A DNA stretch of 64,000 nucleotides from Pirellulales bacterium (GTDB lineage Bacteria; Planctomycetota; Planctomycetia; Pirellulales; JADZDJ01), in the NCBI GenBank assembly GCA_963773925.1, contig CAVZDC010000001.1, forward strand, positions 88,823 through 152,822. The letters run 5' to 3'. Each line of letters begins with the position of its first letter. Within the stretch, counting starts at the first letter, position 1. Positions 10,427 through 21,404 of the stretch are shown piece after piece. The notes below the pieces were generated by a model. It did no database searches and had not been told where the DNA came from. It worked only from the letters and a program-made list of their open reading frames with translations. The position numbers and the translations under genes were made by a program.

Positions 10427-11371
10427 ATGAACGATCTGAAAATCTTCAGCGGCCGGGCCAATCCAAATCTTGCCCGAAAAATCTGCGAATACCTGGGCAT
10501 CGCACTGGGAAAACTCTCGATCGGCAATTTCCCCGACGGCGAAATCTCCTGCAAAATCGATGAAGACGTCCGCGGCCGCGACGTGTTCATCGTCCAGCCC
10601 ACCTGCCCGCCGGTGAACGAGAATCTGATGGAACTGTTGATCATGATCGACAGCTTCCTCCGCGCCAGCGCCTACCGCATCACCGCCGTGTTGCCCTATT
10701 TCGGTTACGCCCGGCAAGACCGCAAAGACGCCGGACGCGTGCCCATCACCGCCAAGCTGGTGGCCAACATGATCGCCCGGGCCGGCACCGACCGTGTGCT
10801 GGCCATGGACCTCCACGCCGCCCAGTTGCAGGGCTTTTTCGACGTGCCCGTCGATCACCTCTACGCCGCCCCCGTGCTCAACCAGCACTTCAACGCCCAG
10901 GGCTTCAAACGGGAAGACCTGGTCGTCGCCAGTGCCGACGAAGGGGGCATCAAGCGCGCCTTCGGTCACGGAATGCGCTTGGGCGCCCCACTGGCAGTGG
11001 TCGACAAGCGACGCATCAGCGCCGAGGTTACCCGACAGGAAAACATCATCGGCGCCCCGGTCAAAGATAAAATCGTGCTGATGTTCGACGACATGATCAG
11101 CACCGCGAGCTCCATCTGCGGCGCCGCTAAAGTGCTCAAGGAAAACGGCGCCCGGCAGATTCACGTGGCCGCCACCCACGGTGTATTGTGCGGCCCGGCC
11201 ATCGAACGCCTCACTGCCGCCACCATCGACACCGTGGCTATCACCGACACTATCCCGCTGAAACCCGAGCAAATGATACCGAAAATCACGCAGCTTTCCG
11301 TGGCGCCGCTTTTGGGCCAGGCGATCAAAAACATTCACCGCAACGAATCGGTCAGCATGCTATTTGTGTAA
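10427..11371 (+). CDS. prs: ribose-phosphate pyrophosphokinase
   Basis: MNDLKIFSGRANPNLARKICEYLG...VLPYFGYARQDRK...DLHAAQLQGFF. Confidence 0.95.
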   Translation: MNDLKIFSGRANPNLARKICEYLGIALGKLSIGNFPDGEISCKIDEDVRGRDVFIVQPTCPPVNENLMELLIMIDSFLRASAYRITAVLPYFGYARQDRKDAGRVPITAKLVANMIARAGTDRVLAMDLHAAQLQGFFDVPVDHLYAAPVLNQHFNAQGFKREDLVVASADEGGIKRAFGHGMRLGAPLAVVDKRRISAEVTRQENIIGAPVKDKIVLMFDDMISTASSICGAAKVLKENGARQIHVAATHGVLCGPAIERLTAATIDTVAITDTIPLKPEQMIPKITQLSVAPLLGQAIKNIHRNESVSMLFV

Positions 11372-11441
11372 TTTCCGCCGCCGAGTTTCTCAATCCCAGC
11401 CGGCACGTTCCGACGCCGGTCCACTGCCGGCTGCCTGTAGA

Positions 11442-11471
11442 TTGACACTCCCTTTCCGCCCGACGTACATT
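11442..11471 (+). promoter_or_regulatory. possible promoter
   Basis: TTGACA, an 18-nt spacer, then TACATT, about 50 nt upstream of the 11523 ATG. Confidence 0.3.
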
Positions 11472-11522
11472 GAATTCTGCGGACCAGAGATCCGAGGCAA
11501 CTTCTTTTTCTACGGTGCGATC

Positions 11523-12323
11523 ATGAACAGTTTCGCGCGCAGCAAGATCGTTTGGACTGCATTCGTCGTAGTTGGAATCGGCGTGCAATCGGCGGTGGGG
11601 CAATACCCGATGCAAAAGACGATGAAGCAACCGTACAGGATGAATCCCCAGGGGCAACCGAATTACCAAAATCCCAATAATCCCGCGCAGCAACAACAGC
11701 CACTGCAACAACAGCAGCAGCTATCGGGCACGATCGATCAGATTGGTTCGCATGGCATGGTTGTCGACGCCATGGGTCAAAAATGGAACGTCGCCCCGAA
11801 TAAGAATTGCCAGATCGAAGTCACCGGCACAGGCGATGCCAGCCTGCTCAAGCCCGGTATGCTCGTGCGCTTTTCGGCCGACGTGGACAAGAAAACCGGG
11901 AAAGCCTCTGCCCCTGTAAGTGAAGTCGACGTCACTTCGCCGCAAACCGCCATGGCCGGCAACTACCCCCGCAATCAGCCTGGCCCGGCTGGTTTACGCA
12001 CGGTAAATAAGAAACCCGCCGCGCCGGCCGCCGCGTCCGGACCAACGCAAATTGTCGGAACACTGAAATCGGTTTCGGGAAATGAAATCACGGTCGAAAG
12101 TCCTAGTGGACCGGTGAAGGCTGACCTCAGTCCCAATGCCTCCGTCAAAATCGAAAGCAGCGACCCGCATCTGGCCCAGGTTGGCGCCAAGATCGAAGTG
12201 CAGGGCGTCCTTGCAAAGCCGCCCAACCTGGTGGCGGCCCAATCCATCCACATCACGCTGGGCTCCGGCGAAAAGGGCCCCGGCGGCAAGCCAAACGAAA
12301 AGCCCGGCGCGGCTGCAAACTAA
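11523..12323 (+). CDS. secreted protein with Q/P/N-rich linker (hypothetical)
   Basis: Signal peptide MNSFARSKIVWTAFVVVGIGVQSAVG, then NPQGQPNYQNPNNPAQQQQPLQQQQQ. No family was recognised. Confidence 0.5.
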   Translation: MNSFARSKIVWTAFVVVGIGVQSAVGQYPMQKTMKQPYRMNPQGQPNYQNPNNPAQQQQPLQQQQQLSGTIDQIGSHGMVVDAMGQKWNVAPNKNCQIEVTGTGDASLLKPGMLVRFSADVDKKTGKASAPVSEVDVTSPQTAMAGNYPRNQPGPAGLRTVNKKPAAPAAASGPTQIVGTLKSVSGNEITVESPSGPVKADLSPNASVKIESSDPHLAQVGAKIEVQGVLAKPPNLVAAQSIHITLGSGEKGPGGKPNEKPGAAAN

Positions 12324-12353
12324 GGCTGGTCGGTTATTGCAGCTCAGTCGGCG

Positions 12354-12620
12354 TCAGATGCCCACTCGCGCCAGCGCATCGATCAAACTGCCGATCGCCG
12401 CCGCCAGCCGGGGATGACTTTCTTCGAATCCGATCGCCGTTTCGCGCAATCGGGGCAGTAGCGATTGTGACGGAGCGGCGTTGCTGCGCAACGTAGTCTG
12501 AATTTCGTGCAGCGCCGAAGTCAGGCGATTTCTCGATTCCAAATCGAGCGATTCGACCTCCGCCAATTGCCGGTGCAATTCATCGAGCGCCACTTGTAAT
12601 CGTTCCGGATCAGCCGACAT
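12354..12620 (-). CDS. small helical protein (possibly DUF4404 family)
   Basis: MSADPERLQVALDELHRQLAEVESLDLESRNRL...HPRLAAAIGSLIDAL. The family assignment is from memory only. Confidence 0.45.
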   Translation of the reverse strand: MSADPERLQVALDELHRQLAEVESLDLESRNRLTSALHEIQTTLRSNAAPSQSLLPRLRETAIGFEESHPRLAAAIGSLIDALARVGI

Positions 12621-12753
12621 AAATATTCTCCGCTTCCGGCGTGTCCTCATTCTGGTGCGCTCCGATTATACGCCTTTCCAGCCGCGATCAAACAGCCTGT
12701 CCGCCGTCCCCTGGCCAATCCTGTTCCCCAACCGCTATGCTGATGCGCAGCTC

Positions 12754-12791
12754 ATTCCCCATTCCACATTCCCCATTCCCCATTGATTCCC
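12754..12791 (+). repeat. ATTCCCC heptamer tract abutting the pgi start
   Basis: ATTCCCC ATTCCAC ATTCCCC ATTCCCC ATTGATT ccc-ATG. Confidence 0.8.
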
Positions 12792-14419
12792 ATGGTGCCT
12801 CCCGTCACCCAGCGCCCCGCCTGGAAATCGCTCCAGCAGCACGCCGAGCAAATCCGCGCCACCCACTTGCGCAATCTCTTCGCCGACGATCCTAACCGCG
12901 GCACGCGCCTTACCGCCGAAGCACTGGGCGTGTACTTCGACTACTCGAAAAACCTGATCACCGCCGAGACGCTCGAAGCTGCTCTTGCAACTGGCGGCCG
13001 AAAGCGGCTTGCGCGACCGTATCGACGCCATGTTCCGCGGCGAGAAAATCAACGTCACCGAACGCCGCGCCGTCCTGCACGTGGCCCTGCGGGCCCCCCA
13101 AAGCGAAAAGATCATGGTCGACGGCCAGGACGTCGTGCCCAAAGTGCACGCCGAGCTCGATAAAATGGCCGCCTTCGCCAACCGCGTACGCAGTGGCCAG
13201 TGGCGCGGCCACACCGGCAAACCGATCAAAAACATCATCAACATCGGCATCGGCGGCAGCGATCTGGGACCGGTGATGGCGTACGAAGCCCTGCGATTCT
13301 ACAGCGATCGCAGCCGTACGTTCCGCTTCGTCTCGAACATCGACGGCACCGATTTTCTGGAAGCCACCCGCGATCTGGACGCCGAAGAAACCCTGTTCAT
13401 CATCTCCTCCAAAACATTCACCACGCTGGAGACGATGACCAACGCACACACCGCCCGCAATTGGGCGCTGGCAAAGCTGAAAGACGAAAAATCGGTGGCC
13501 AAGCATTTCGTGGCCGTATCCACCAATGCCAAGGAAGTGGCCAAGTTCGGCATCGATACCGCCAACATGTTCGAATTCTGGGATTGGGTCGGCGGACGCT
13601 ATTCCTACGATTCCGCCATCGGCCTGTCGCTGATGATCGCCATCGGGCCCGACCACTTTCGCGAAATGCTGGCCGGCTTCCACGCCATGGACGAGCACTT
13701 CCGCGCCACGCCGTTCGAGAAGAACCTGCCCGTTCTCTTGGGCCTGATCGGCATTTGGTACAACAATTTCCTCGGCGCAAACCGTCGCAATTCTTCCGTA
13801 CGATCATTACCTGGGCCGCCTGTCAAGTTATCTGCAACAGCTCGACATGGAAAGCGACGGCAAAAGCGTCGATCTGGATGGCAAGCCCGTCGATTACCAA
13901 ACCGGCCCGATCATCTGGGGCACCCCCGGCACCAACGGGCAGCACGCCTACTATCAACTCATCCACCAGGGCACCAAGCTGATTCCCTGCGACTTCATCG
14001 GCTTTCGCCAAACCTTGAATCCGCTGGGCCGCCATCACGATCTGTTGATGGCCAACCTGTTCGCCCAAACCGAAGCGCTCGCCTTCGGCAAAACCCGTGA
14101 GCAGGTGGTGGCCGACGGTGTGCCCGACTATCAGGTGCCGCACCGGGTGTTCCAGGGCAACCATCCGACCAACACGATTATGCTGGATAAGCTGACCCCC
14201 AAGGCGCTGGGCAAGATCGTCGCCCTCTACGAACACAAAGTTTTCACCCAGGGAACCATCTGGCACATCAACTCGTTCGATCAGTGGGGGGTAGAATTAG
14301 GAAAGGTTTTGGCCCAACGCATCATCCCTGAATTGGAAGGCCCCACCGACGTCTCGCTTAAACACGACACCTCCACCAACACGCTAATCACCCGTTACAA
14401 ACAAACTCGCAGCAAATAA
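12792..14419 (+). CDS. pgi: glucose-6-phosphate isomerase (two apparent frameshifts)
   Basis: Track ORFs 12783.., 12985..14100 and 13847..14419 form one Pgi ([73 protein letters not shown]). The breaks are near 12980 and 13785. Confidence 0.9.
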
Positions 14420-14497
14420 CCGCCGAGTCGCACAGACGCCGAGGAGAACTTTAATTTTGCCGCTCTGCGACTCGGCGTCTCGGCGGTTCAAACTGGA

Positions 14498-15169
14498 ATG
14501 ATCGAACTCGCCCCCTCCATCCTCTCCGCCGATTTCTCCCGCCTCGGCCAGCAGGTTAGCGACGCGCTGGCCTGCGGAATTAAGCGCATCCATGTCGACG
14601 TGATGGATGGCCATTTCGTGCCCAATATCTCGATGGGCCCGCACGTGGTGCAGTGCATCAAGCCCATCGTCGCTGCGGCCGGCGCGATCATCGAAACGCA
14701 TCTGATGGTCGAACAACCCGAACGCTACCTGGCCGACTTTGTCAAAGCTGGCTCCGACATTGTGATCGTTCACGTCGAAACCTGCCCGCATTTGCATCGC
14801 ACGCTGCAGCAAATCCGCGAACTGGGTGCGAAAGTTGGTGTCACCCTCAACCCGGCCACGCCGCTGGTGACGTTGGAGGAAGTGCTCGGCGACGTCGATC
14901 ACGTGCTGGTGATGACCGTCAATCCCGGCTTCGGCGGCCAGGAATTCATCCCGGAAAGCATCGAGAAAATCGCGCGGCTGAAAAAAATGCTCGCCGACCG
15001 CAAGCTAAGTCAGGTGCACATCGAAGTCGACGGCGGCATCCACCCCGGCACCATCGCTTCGGTGGCCCAGGCCGGCGCCACGATTGCCGTGGCCGGCAGC
15101 GCCGTCTTCAACAACGCCGCCACCGTGGCCGACAACATCGCCGCCCTGCGCAAAGCCGCCGGCAAGTAA
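14498..15169 (+). CDS. rpe: ribulose-phosphate 3-epimerase
   Basis: APSILSADFSRLG...HVDVMDGHFVPN...MTVNPGFGGQ.F. Confidence 0.95.
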   Translation: MIELAPSILSADFSRLGQQVSDALACGIKRIHVDVMDGHFVPNISMGPHVVQCIKPIVAAAGAIIETHLMVEQPERYLADFVKAGSDIVIVHVETCPHLHRTLQQIRELGAKVGVTLNPATPLVTLEEVLGDVDHVLVMTVNPGFGGQEFIPESIEKIARLKKMLADRKLSQVHIEVDGGIHPGTIASVAQAGATIAVAGSAVFNNAATVADNIAALRKAAGK

Positions 15170-15171
15170 TA

Positions 15172-15206
15172 GCCGCCTGCTGCCTGCCGCCCGCTGCCCG
15201 CTACTG
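15172..15206. repeat. GC-rich 7-nt tract in a convergent spacer
   Basis: GCCGCCT GCTGCCT GCCGCCC GCTGCCC GCTACTG. It shares GCCGCCTGCTGCC with the reverse complement of 48632-48663. Confidence 0.55.
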
Positions 15207-15935
15207 TCCGCCATACGGCGTCAGCAGTTTCAAAATCGCCTTCTTGATTTCCTGGCGTTCCGAATCGATGTCGCCATCCTGCAGATTGAAGTGGTCGTCG
15301 AAATCCGCGTTGAACGCCAATGTTTTGTAGTAATGCGTCGGCAACGGCATCGGCTCCGTTTCGGCCCACAGCAAACCGTATTGGCGAACTAATTCCTTCT
15401 GCTCGGGCGATTTCGGCTTGTAGGACGCCGGCGGCACCGGCGGCTCGTCGGCCGTCAGCAAATTGATCAGCGTGTTTTTCACCCCCGCATCCTGCAGCTT
15501 CTTCTGGAACTCGCGCCGCAATCGATCGTTCGTCGCATTCTTCTCCGCCGCCTCTCGATACTGCTGCGGCCTGATCATGTTCATCATCGACATCTGGAAA
15601 AACACCCGCATCGGTTGAAACTCCGCATCCGTCGATCCCGGTGCCAGTTTCAGCCCAACATACCGGCCAACCGCCTTGTCCTCGCGCCAAATCATGATGC
15701 TCGGTGTGGTGGGTTGCCGAAACTCGCAGGCAATCGTTTCCGGCACATCCGGCGTCAGTTCCGCCCGCCACCCCTCGGGCAACACTTTCTGAATTCCCCC
15801 CAGCAATTGCTTGAGGTTCGACATGTCGCGCGCCAATTCATCGTCGGCCCGCACAGTCGAAATCAAGCACCCGACCAAGGCAATTGCCGAAGCGAAAGTC
15901 TTTTTGCGCGAAATCGATTGCATCTGGCTCCTCAC
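15201..15935 (-). CDS. secreted protein (hypothetical)
   Basis: A 244-aa ORF with a signal-like N-terminus (KKTFASAIALVGCLISTVRA). No family was recognised. Confidence 0.5.
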   Translation of the reverse strand: MRSQMQSISRKKTFASAIALVGCLISTVRADDELARDMSNLKQLLGGIQKVLPEGWRAELTPDVPETIACEFRQPTTPSIMIWREDKAVGRYVGLKLAPGSTDAEFQPMRVFFQMSMMNMIRPQQYREAAEKNATNDRLRREFQKKLQDAGVKNTLINLLTADEPPVPPASYKPKSPEQKELVRQYGLLWAETEPMPLPTHYYKTLAFNADFDDHFNLQDGDIDSERQEIKKAILKLLTPYGGQ

Positions 15936-16016
15936 AAATCACGCCGCCCAGCGTTTACTATTGTAACAATCGTGTCGCCGTATAGCCTCTATCTTTCCCC
16001 CACAACTGCCCAGTAT

Positions 16017-16040
16017 CCTGAACCCTGAACCCTGAACCCC
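16017..16040 (+). repeat. CCTGAAC x3 tract just upstream of the UbiD-family gene start
   Basis: CCTGAAC CCTGAAC CCTGAAC ccc tagttgc-ATG. Confidence 0.8.
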
Positions 16041-16047
16041 TAGTTGC

Positions 16048-17910
16048 ATGTCCTACCGCACCTTGCGCGAATGCATCGACGACCTGGCCGCCACGCGCCA
16101 ACTGGTGCGCATCGATGAAGAAATCGACGCGAATCTCGAAGCCGCCGAAATCCACCGCCGCGTCAACCAAGCGGGCGGCCCCGCGCTGCTGTTTAACCGC
16201 GTCAAAGACTGCGCCTTCCCGATGGTTAGCAACCTGTTCGGCACAGTGGGCCGAGCGCGCTACATCTTTCGCGATTCGCTGGATAGCGTGCGGCGCCTGA
16301 TCGAAACAAAAATCGATTCTCGCCCAACGCTGACAAATCCCCGGCGCTGGCTCGACGCCGGCCGCACCGCGCTATCGATGCTTCCCAATCGCGTCGCCAC
16401 AGGCCCGGTGCTGGCAAACGAAACCACGATCGACAAGCTACCGCAACTCAAATGCTGGCCCAACGACGGCGGCGCCTTCATTACCTTGGCCGCTGTGTAC
16501 ACCGAAGATCCCGACCACCCAGGCTGGCGCCATTCCAACCTCGGCATCTATCGCATTCAGATCTCCGGCGGCCAGTACCGGCCGAACGAAGAAGTCGGCA
16601 TGCACTACCAAATTCACCGCGGCATCGGCGTGCACCACACGGCCGCCCTGCGGCGCGGCGAGCCCCTGCGCGTGAATATCTTCGTCGGCGGCACGCCCGC
16701 CATGACCCTGGCCGCCGTCATGCCGCTGCCCGAAGGCATCAGCGAACTGTCCTTCGCCGGCGCACTGGCGCGCCATCGCATTCCGCTGATCTATAATTCC
16801 GCCAGCCGCCAGCCGCCTGCTGCCAGCCCCGTGCCCATCTACGCCGAGGCCGATTTCTGCATCACCGGCACCATCGAATCCGGCCGCACGCTGCCCGAAG
16901 GCCCCTTCGGCGATCACCTTGGCTACTACAGCCTCGCGCACCCCTTTCCCGTGCTACGCGTGGAAAAAGTCTATCATCGCCCCAATCCGATCTGGCCCTT
17001 CACGGTCGTCGGCCGCCCGCCGCAGGAAGACACCATCTTCGGCCAACTGATCCACGAACTTACCGGTCCCATCATTCCCACCGTCATCCCGGGGGTGCGC
17101 GGTTCACGCCATCGATGCGGCCGGCGTCCACCCCTTGCTGCTGGCCATCGGCAGCGAGCGCTACACTCCCTACGACGAACCCGCCCGCCCGCAAGAACTG
17201 CTCACCCAAGCCAACGCGATCTTGGGCCAAGGGCAACTTTCCCTGGCCAAGTATGTACTGATCGCCAACGGCGCCGACGATCCCGCGCTCGATATCCACA
17301 ACATCGAACAATTTTTCGCCCACCTGCTGAAGCGCGTCGATTGGCGGCGCGATCTGCACTTCCAAACCTGCACCACGATCGACACGTTGGATTATTCCGG
17401 CAACCGCTTCAACGAGGGTTCCAAAGTCGTCATCGCCGCCGCCGGCCCGCCGCGCCGCCAACTTCCCACCGAACTGCCGCCCGGCTTGCGCCTGCCCGAA
17501 GGTTTCCGCAATCCGCGCATCTGCCTGCCGGGCATCCTGGCCATCGACGGACCCAAAGTCGATTCCCCGAGCCCACACCGCAAGCCAGGGCTGCCGGAAT
17601 TCTGCGCCACTATGTCGCCTGAAGATTCCATCAACCAGTTCCCGCTGCTGGTGATTGTCGACGATAGCAATTTCGCGGCCGAATCCCTGCGAAATCTCCT
17701 CTGGGTTACCTTCACCCGCAGCAATCCGGCAGTCGACATCGACGGCATCGGCAGTTTCATCGAAGATAAGCACTGGGGCTGCGCCGGGCGCTGGTGATCG
17801 ACGCCCGAATCAAGCCCCATCATGCGCCGCCGCTGGAACCCGATCCCGAAGTCGCCCGTCGCGTCGATCGCCTGTTCGCCGCCGGCGGTCCGCTGCACGG
17901 CATCGAATGA
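16048..17910 (+). CDS. UbiD-family decarboxylase (two apparent frameshifts)
   Basis: Track ORFs 16048..17622 and 17135..17797, plus a frame-1 tail (LVIDARIKPHHAPPLEPDPEVARRVDRLF..*, stop 17908-17910). Motifs include GGPALLFNRVK, NLGIYR.Q and EGPFGDHLGYYS. The breaks are near 17095 and 17785. Confidence 0.85.
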
Positions 17911-17939
17911 ACACCGCACTGCAAAAATCGCGGCACTGA

Positions 17940-18870
17940 ATGAACATGGAACGAGTCACTCTCTTTATTTACCACCAGCCGCTGATGTTCCTCGCGCTCA
18001 CCTTCGCGCTGGGCGCGGTCATCGGTAGTTTTCTCAATGTCGTCGTGTATCGCTTGCCGCTGGGGATGAACCTGATCCATCCCGGTTCGCGCTGCCCCGC
18101 GTGCGGCCACGCCATTCGCTGGCACGATAACGTGCCAATTCTCGGTTGGCTTTGGCTGCGCGGACGAATGCCGCGATTGCGACGCTCCGATTTCCGCGCG
18201 CTATCCGCTGGTGGAATTTCTAGTCGGCTTGCATTTTTCTGACGTTCTGCTGGATCCGACGTCATGATGCCGATGCAAGCCGCCCAAGAAGCGGGGCTCG
18301 CGGCCACTGTTCGCCGGCAAGCCGGAACCCGATCCGCTTACCGAGCAACACCTGGCACAATGTCTCTATCATCTGCTGTTGCTCTGCCCACTGCTGGCCG
18401 CAGCCCTAATCGATGCCGACGGCCAGAAGCTGCCGCGCCGCCTGATCACCTGGCCCGCCGCTGCCGGCATCCTGTTGGCATTCGGCATTCCAGCGGTGCA
18501 AGCCGTGCCGCTGAACTTCGCAGACCACTCCGCATCGGAACTCGCCAGCCTCTGGGCACTGGCCAACTCCGCCGTCGGGCTGATTGCTGCCGTATCGGTC
18601 CGCTTGATCATGCTCCGCCTGATCGGCTATCAGCGGCCGCGCGAACTGGGGCTCTTAAGCGCGACGCTCGCACTCTACGCCGTCGGCGCTTTCTTGGGCT
18701 GGCAAGCTCGCAGTGGCCATCGGACTGATCGCCATCGGTTGGTCGCTCACGCAATCCGCCGCGCTGCGAAATTCTTTGGGCCGTCTTGGACCAACCGCGA
18801 TTGTGTTTCTCGCGCGCTGGTGTGGTGCGCCTGCGAACGCAACGCAGTCTGGTGGATCCAATCGCACTGA
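17940..18870 (+). pseudogene. prepilin peptidase (A24 family), heavily disrupted
   Basis: [48 protein letters not shown], then [20 protein letters not shown] in another frame (break near 18165). There is an in-frame TGA at 18265-18267 and a further shift near 18700. Confidence 0.6.
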
Positions 18871-18904
18871 CCGCCCCGCGCGCGTCTTTCGCCCCGCGCC
18901 TCTT

Positions 18905-19381
18905 TCACACGTGGCAACTTCCCAGCCCGTGCTTCGCCAGATATTGCTGGTGATATTCTTCGGCGCGATAAAACGGCTTGGCGGGCTCAATTTGCGTGAC
19001 AATGGGCCGCCGGAACTTGCCGCTCTGCTCCAGCGCGCTCTTCGAGGCCTCGGCTGTCTTCTCCTGCGCCTCGTCGTGATAAAAAATCACCGAGCGATAC
19101 TGCTTCCCATAATCGGGCCCCTGGCGATTCAATTGCGTCGGATCGTGCGAATTCCAAAACACGGCCAACAACTGCTCGAAGCTGGTCCGCGCCGGATCGA
19201 AATCCACCTGCACCACTTCGGCATGGCCCGTCCGGTCGGTGCACACCTGCTCGTACGTCGGATTTTCGACGGAGCCGCCGCAGTAACCCACCGTGGCGTT
19301 CACCACCCCTGGCACTTGCCGAAACGTCTGCTCCACGCCCCAAAAACATCCCGCCCCAAACGTCGCCAATTTAGTTGGCAT
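18905..19381 (-). CDS. msrA: peptide-methionine (S)-S-oxide reductase
   Basis: [13 protein letters not shown]...GV..T.VGY.GG...NPTYE.VC...TGHAEVV.V.FDP. Confidence 0.95.
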   Translation of the reverse strand: MPTKLATFGAGCFWGVEQTFRQVPGVVNATVGYCGGSVENPTYEQVCTDRTGHAEVVQVDFDPARTSFEQLLAVFWNSHDPTQLNRQGPDYGKQYRSVIFYHDEAQEKTAEASKSALEQSGKFRRPIVTQIEPAKPFYRAEEYHQQYLAKHGLGSCHV

Positions 19382-19405
19382 GTATCACCTGATGGATGAT
19401 GGTTG

Positions 19406-19434
19406 CAAAGTCCAAAAGTCGAAAGTCGAAGCGT
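19406..19434 (-). repeat. short-period tract upstream of msrA
   Basis: The sense strand reads CTTCGAC TTTCGAC TTTTGGA CTTTGCA. Confidence 0.5.
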
Positions 19435-19484
19435 TCGTGTCTGCCTGGTCTTTCCGCCGTTCGGCTCCTACACCTTTCGACCCA

Positions 19485-20126
19485 TTATACGTCTTTCGTC
19501 CACACCCCCAGCACCGCCGGCGGGTACGCCCGCACATCCCAACTGTCCGCCTCCGGCAATAATCCAAAATCAAACCGCCGGTCGGCTTCGACGCAGAAAA
19601 TGCTCGTTGGCGCTGCTTGTTCAATCAGCTTCCTCAGCAGTGCCAACATCTCGGCTTGATGTTCCACATAGAAATCATACGGAGGCGAGCAAAACACCAC
19701 CCACGCCCGTTGTGGCAACTCCGGCAATCGCTTCGACCACAACAGCGTATTGGCCGGCAACACCGTGCACACATCTTCCACGCCCAGGGCCGCGGCGTTC
19801 TGGCGGATTACGTCCGCCGTGGGAAAATGCCGCTCCACGAAGGTGGCCCCGGCCGCGCCTCGGCTGATCGCCTCCAAGCCCAAGGCCCCGGTGCCGGCGA
19901 ACAGATCGATCGCATGCTTCCCCCGCACCGCCGGCCCCAGCAAATTGAACAACGCTTCGCGCAGCCGATCTTTCATCGGCCTGGTGCGCACGTCTCCCGT
20001 GTAGGCCAGCTTTCGACCGCGATGCGCGCCGCCGATAATCCGCAGCGCCGCTTCGCCGCGTTTTTCCTGACATGGCCCGTCGCTTTTCCGCCCTTTGCCG
20101 TGCAAACCCATATCCTCCTTTGCCAC
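19485..20126 (-). CDS. rsmD: 16S rRNA (guanine966-N2)-methyltransferase RsmD
   Basis: RIIGGAHRGRKL......TRPMKDRLREALFNLLG....G....DLFAGTGALGLEAISRGA. Confidence 0.85.
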   Translation of the reverse strand: MAKEDMGLHGKGRKSDGPCQEKRGEAALRIIGGAHRGRKLAYTGDVRTRPMKDRLREALFNLLGPAVRGKHAIDLFAGTGALGLEAISRGAAGATFVERHFPTADVIRQNAAALGVEDVCTVLPANTLLWSKRLPELPQRAWVVFCSPPYDFYVEHQAEMLALLRKLIEQAAPTSIFCVEADRRFDFGLLPEADSWDVRAYPPAVLGVWTKDV

Positions 20127-20240
20127 GTATTGCTGATATAGTACGTTCTGGCCATCCCGTTGCCCACGGTCTTGCCTCGGCGCTGCCTGATGTCGCGCAG
20201 CCCCGGTTTCACCACCAGCTAAACTTGCCGAATCGTTCTT

Positions 20241-21404
20241 ATGCTCTCTCGAATCACCACTTGCGCTATTTGCCTGACATTGATCGCATTAGTTGCCGGC
20301 CTATGCATGCTTGCCGGCCGCCGACACCGTCGAGTCCAACGCCCTGGCCGAGTATCAAAAAACCAAGCAACAATGGGACGCCAAAATCAAGGAAGTGGCC
20401 GACTTGCAAGCCACGCTCGCCGGCTCGCCTCCCGCCGACCAGCCCGCACTGCTGAACAAGTACAGCAAGCTGGTCGATGAAGTCGGCGCCATGATTCCCG
20501 GCTTGCAAGCGGCGGCCGAGCGCGCTTACGCGGCCGATCCCAGCAACCAGGAAATCGGCGATCTGCTGTACAAAATCGCCGTCGCCCATTTGCGCAGCGA
20601 TCGCTACGACGACACTTTGAAGGTCGCCGATTTCCTGATCGCCCACAAATATCCGCAAAAAGAAGTTTACCGCGTCGCCGCCAGCGCCGCCTTTGCCACC
20701 ATGCATCTGGCCGAAGCCAAGAAAGATTTGGAGGCCCTGGGCGGCGGCAAAGTGCCCGACGACGCCGCCTCCAAGCAACTCGCCGACGAAATCGCCCGCT
20801 ACGAGCCGCTTTGGGAAAACGAGCAGAAAATCCGCGCCGCCGAAGTCAAAGCCGACGATCTTCCCCGCGTCAAACTGCACACCAGCCAGGGCGATATCGT
20901 GCTGGAGCTGTTCGAGAACGAAGCCCCGAACACGGTGGCCAACTTCATCAGCCTCGTGGAAAAAGGATTCTACAACGGCACGCAGTTCCACCGCGTGCTG
21001 CCCAACTTCATGGCGCAAGGCGGCGATCCGCTGAGCAAAGATCCGGCCAAGAACAAAGGACGCATCGGCAGCGGCGGCCCCGGATACACCATCGCCTGCG
21101 AATGCTACCAGCCCAATCGTCGCAGCCATTTCCAAGGCAGCCTGAGCATGGCTCACGCCGGGCGCGATACCGGCGGCTCGCAATTCTTCCTCACCTTCGC
21201 TCCCACGCCCTTCTTAGACGGCAAGCACACCGTGTTCGGCCGCGTGATCGAAGGCATGGACGTGCTGCCCAAATTGCAACGCGTCGATCCGGAGGTCGAG
21301 AACGAATGCATCCCTCGGGCGTCCAGCCCGACATCATCATTTCTGCCGAAGTGCTCCGCAAACGCAACCACCCCTACGAACCCAAAACCACTCCCAAAAA
21401 ATAA
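20241..21404 (+). CDS. secreted cyclophilin-type peptidyl-prolyl isomerase with N-terminal helical domain (two apparent frameshifts)
   Basis: Signal peptide [26 protein letters not shown] (frame 3). The body is track ORF 20293.. ([51 protein letters not shown]) and the tail is ..[28 protein letters not shown] (frame 3). The breaks are near 20315 and 21305. Confidence 0.8.

Noticed and set aside
15959-15969. TATTGTAACAA shared between two promoter regions (15959 and 63819), as a common operator.
   Set aside because: An 11-nt match is expected many times by chance among all position pairs in 64 kb on both strands. There is no supporting symmetry or convincing positioning relative to -35/-10 elements.
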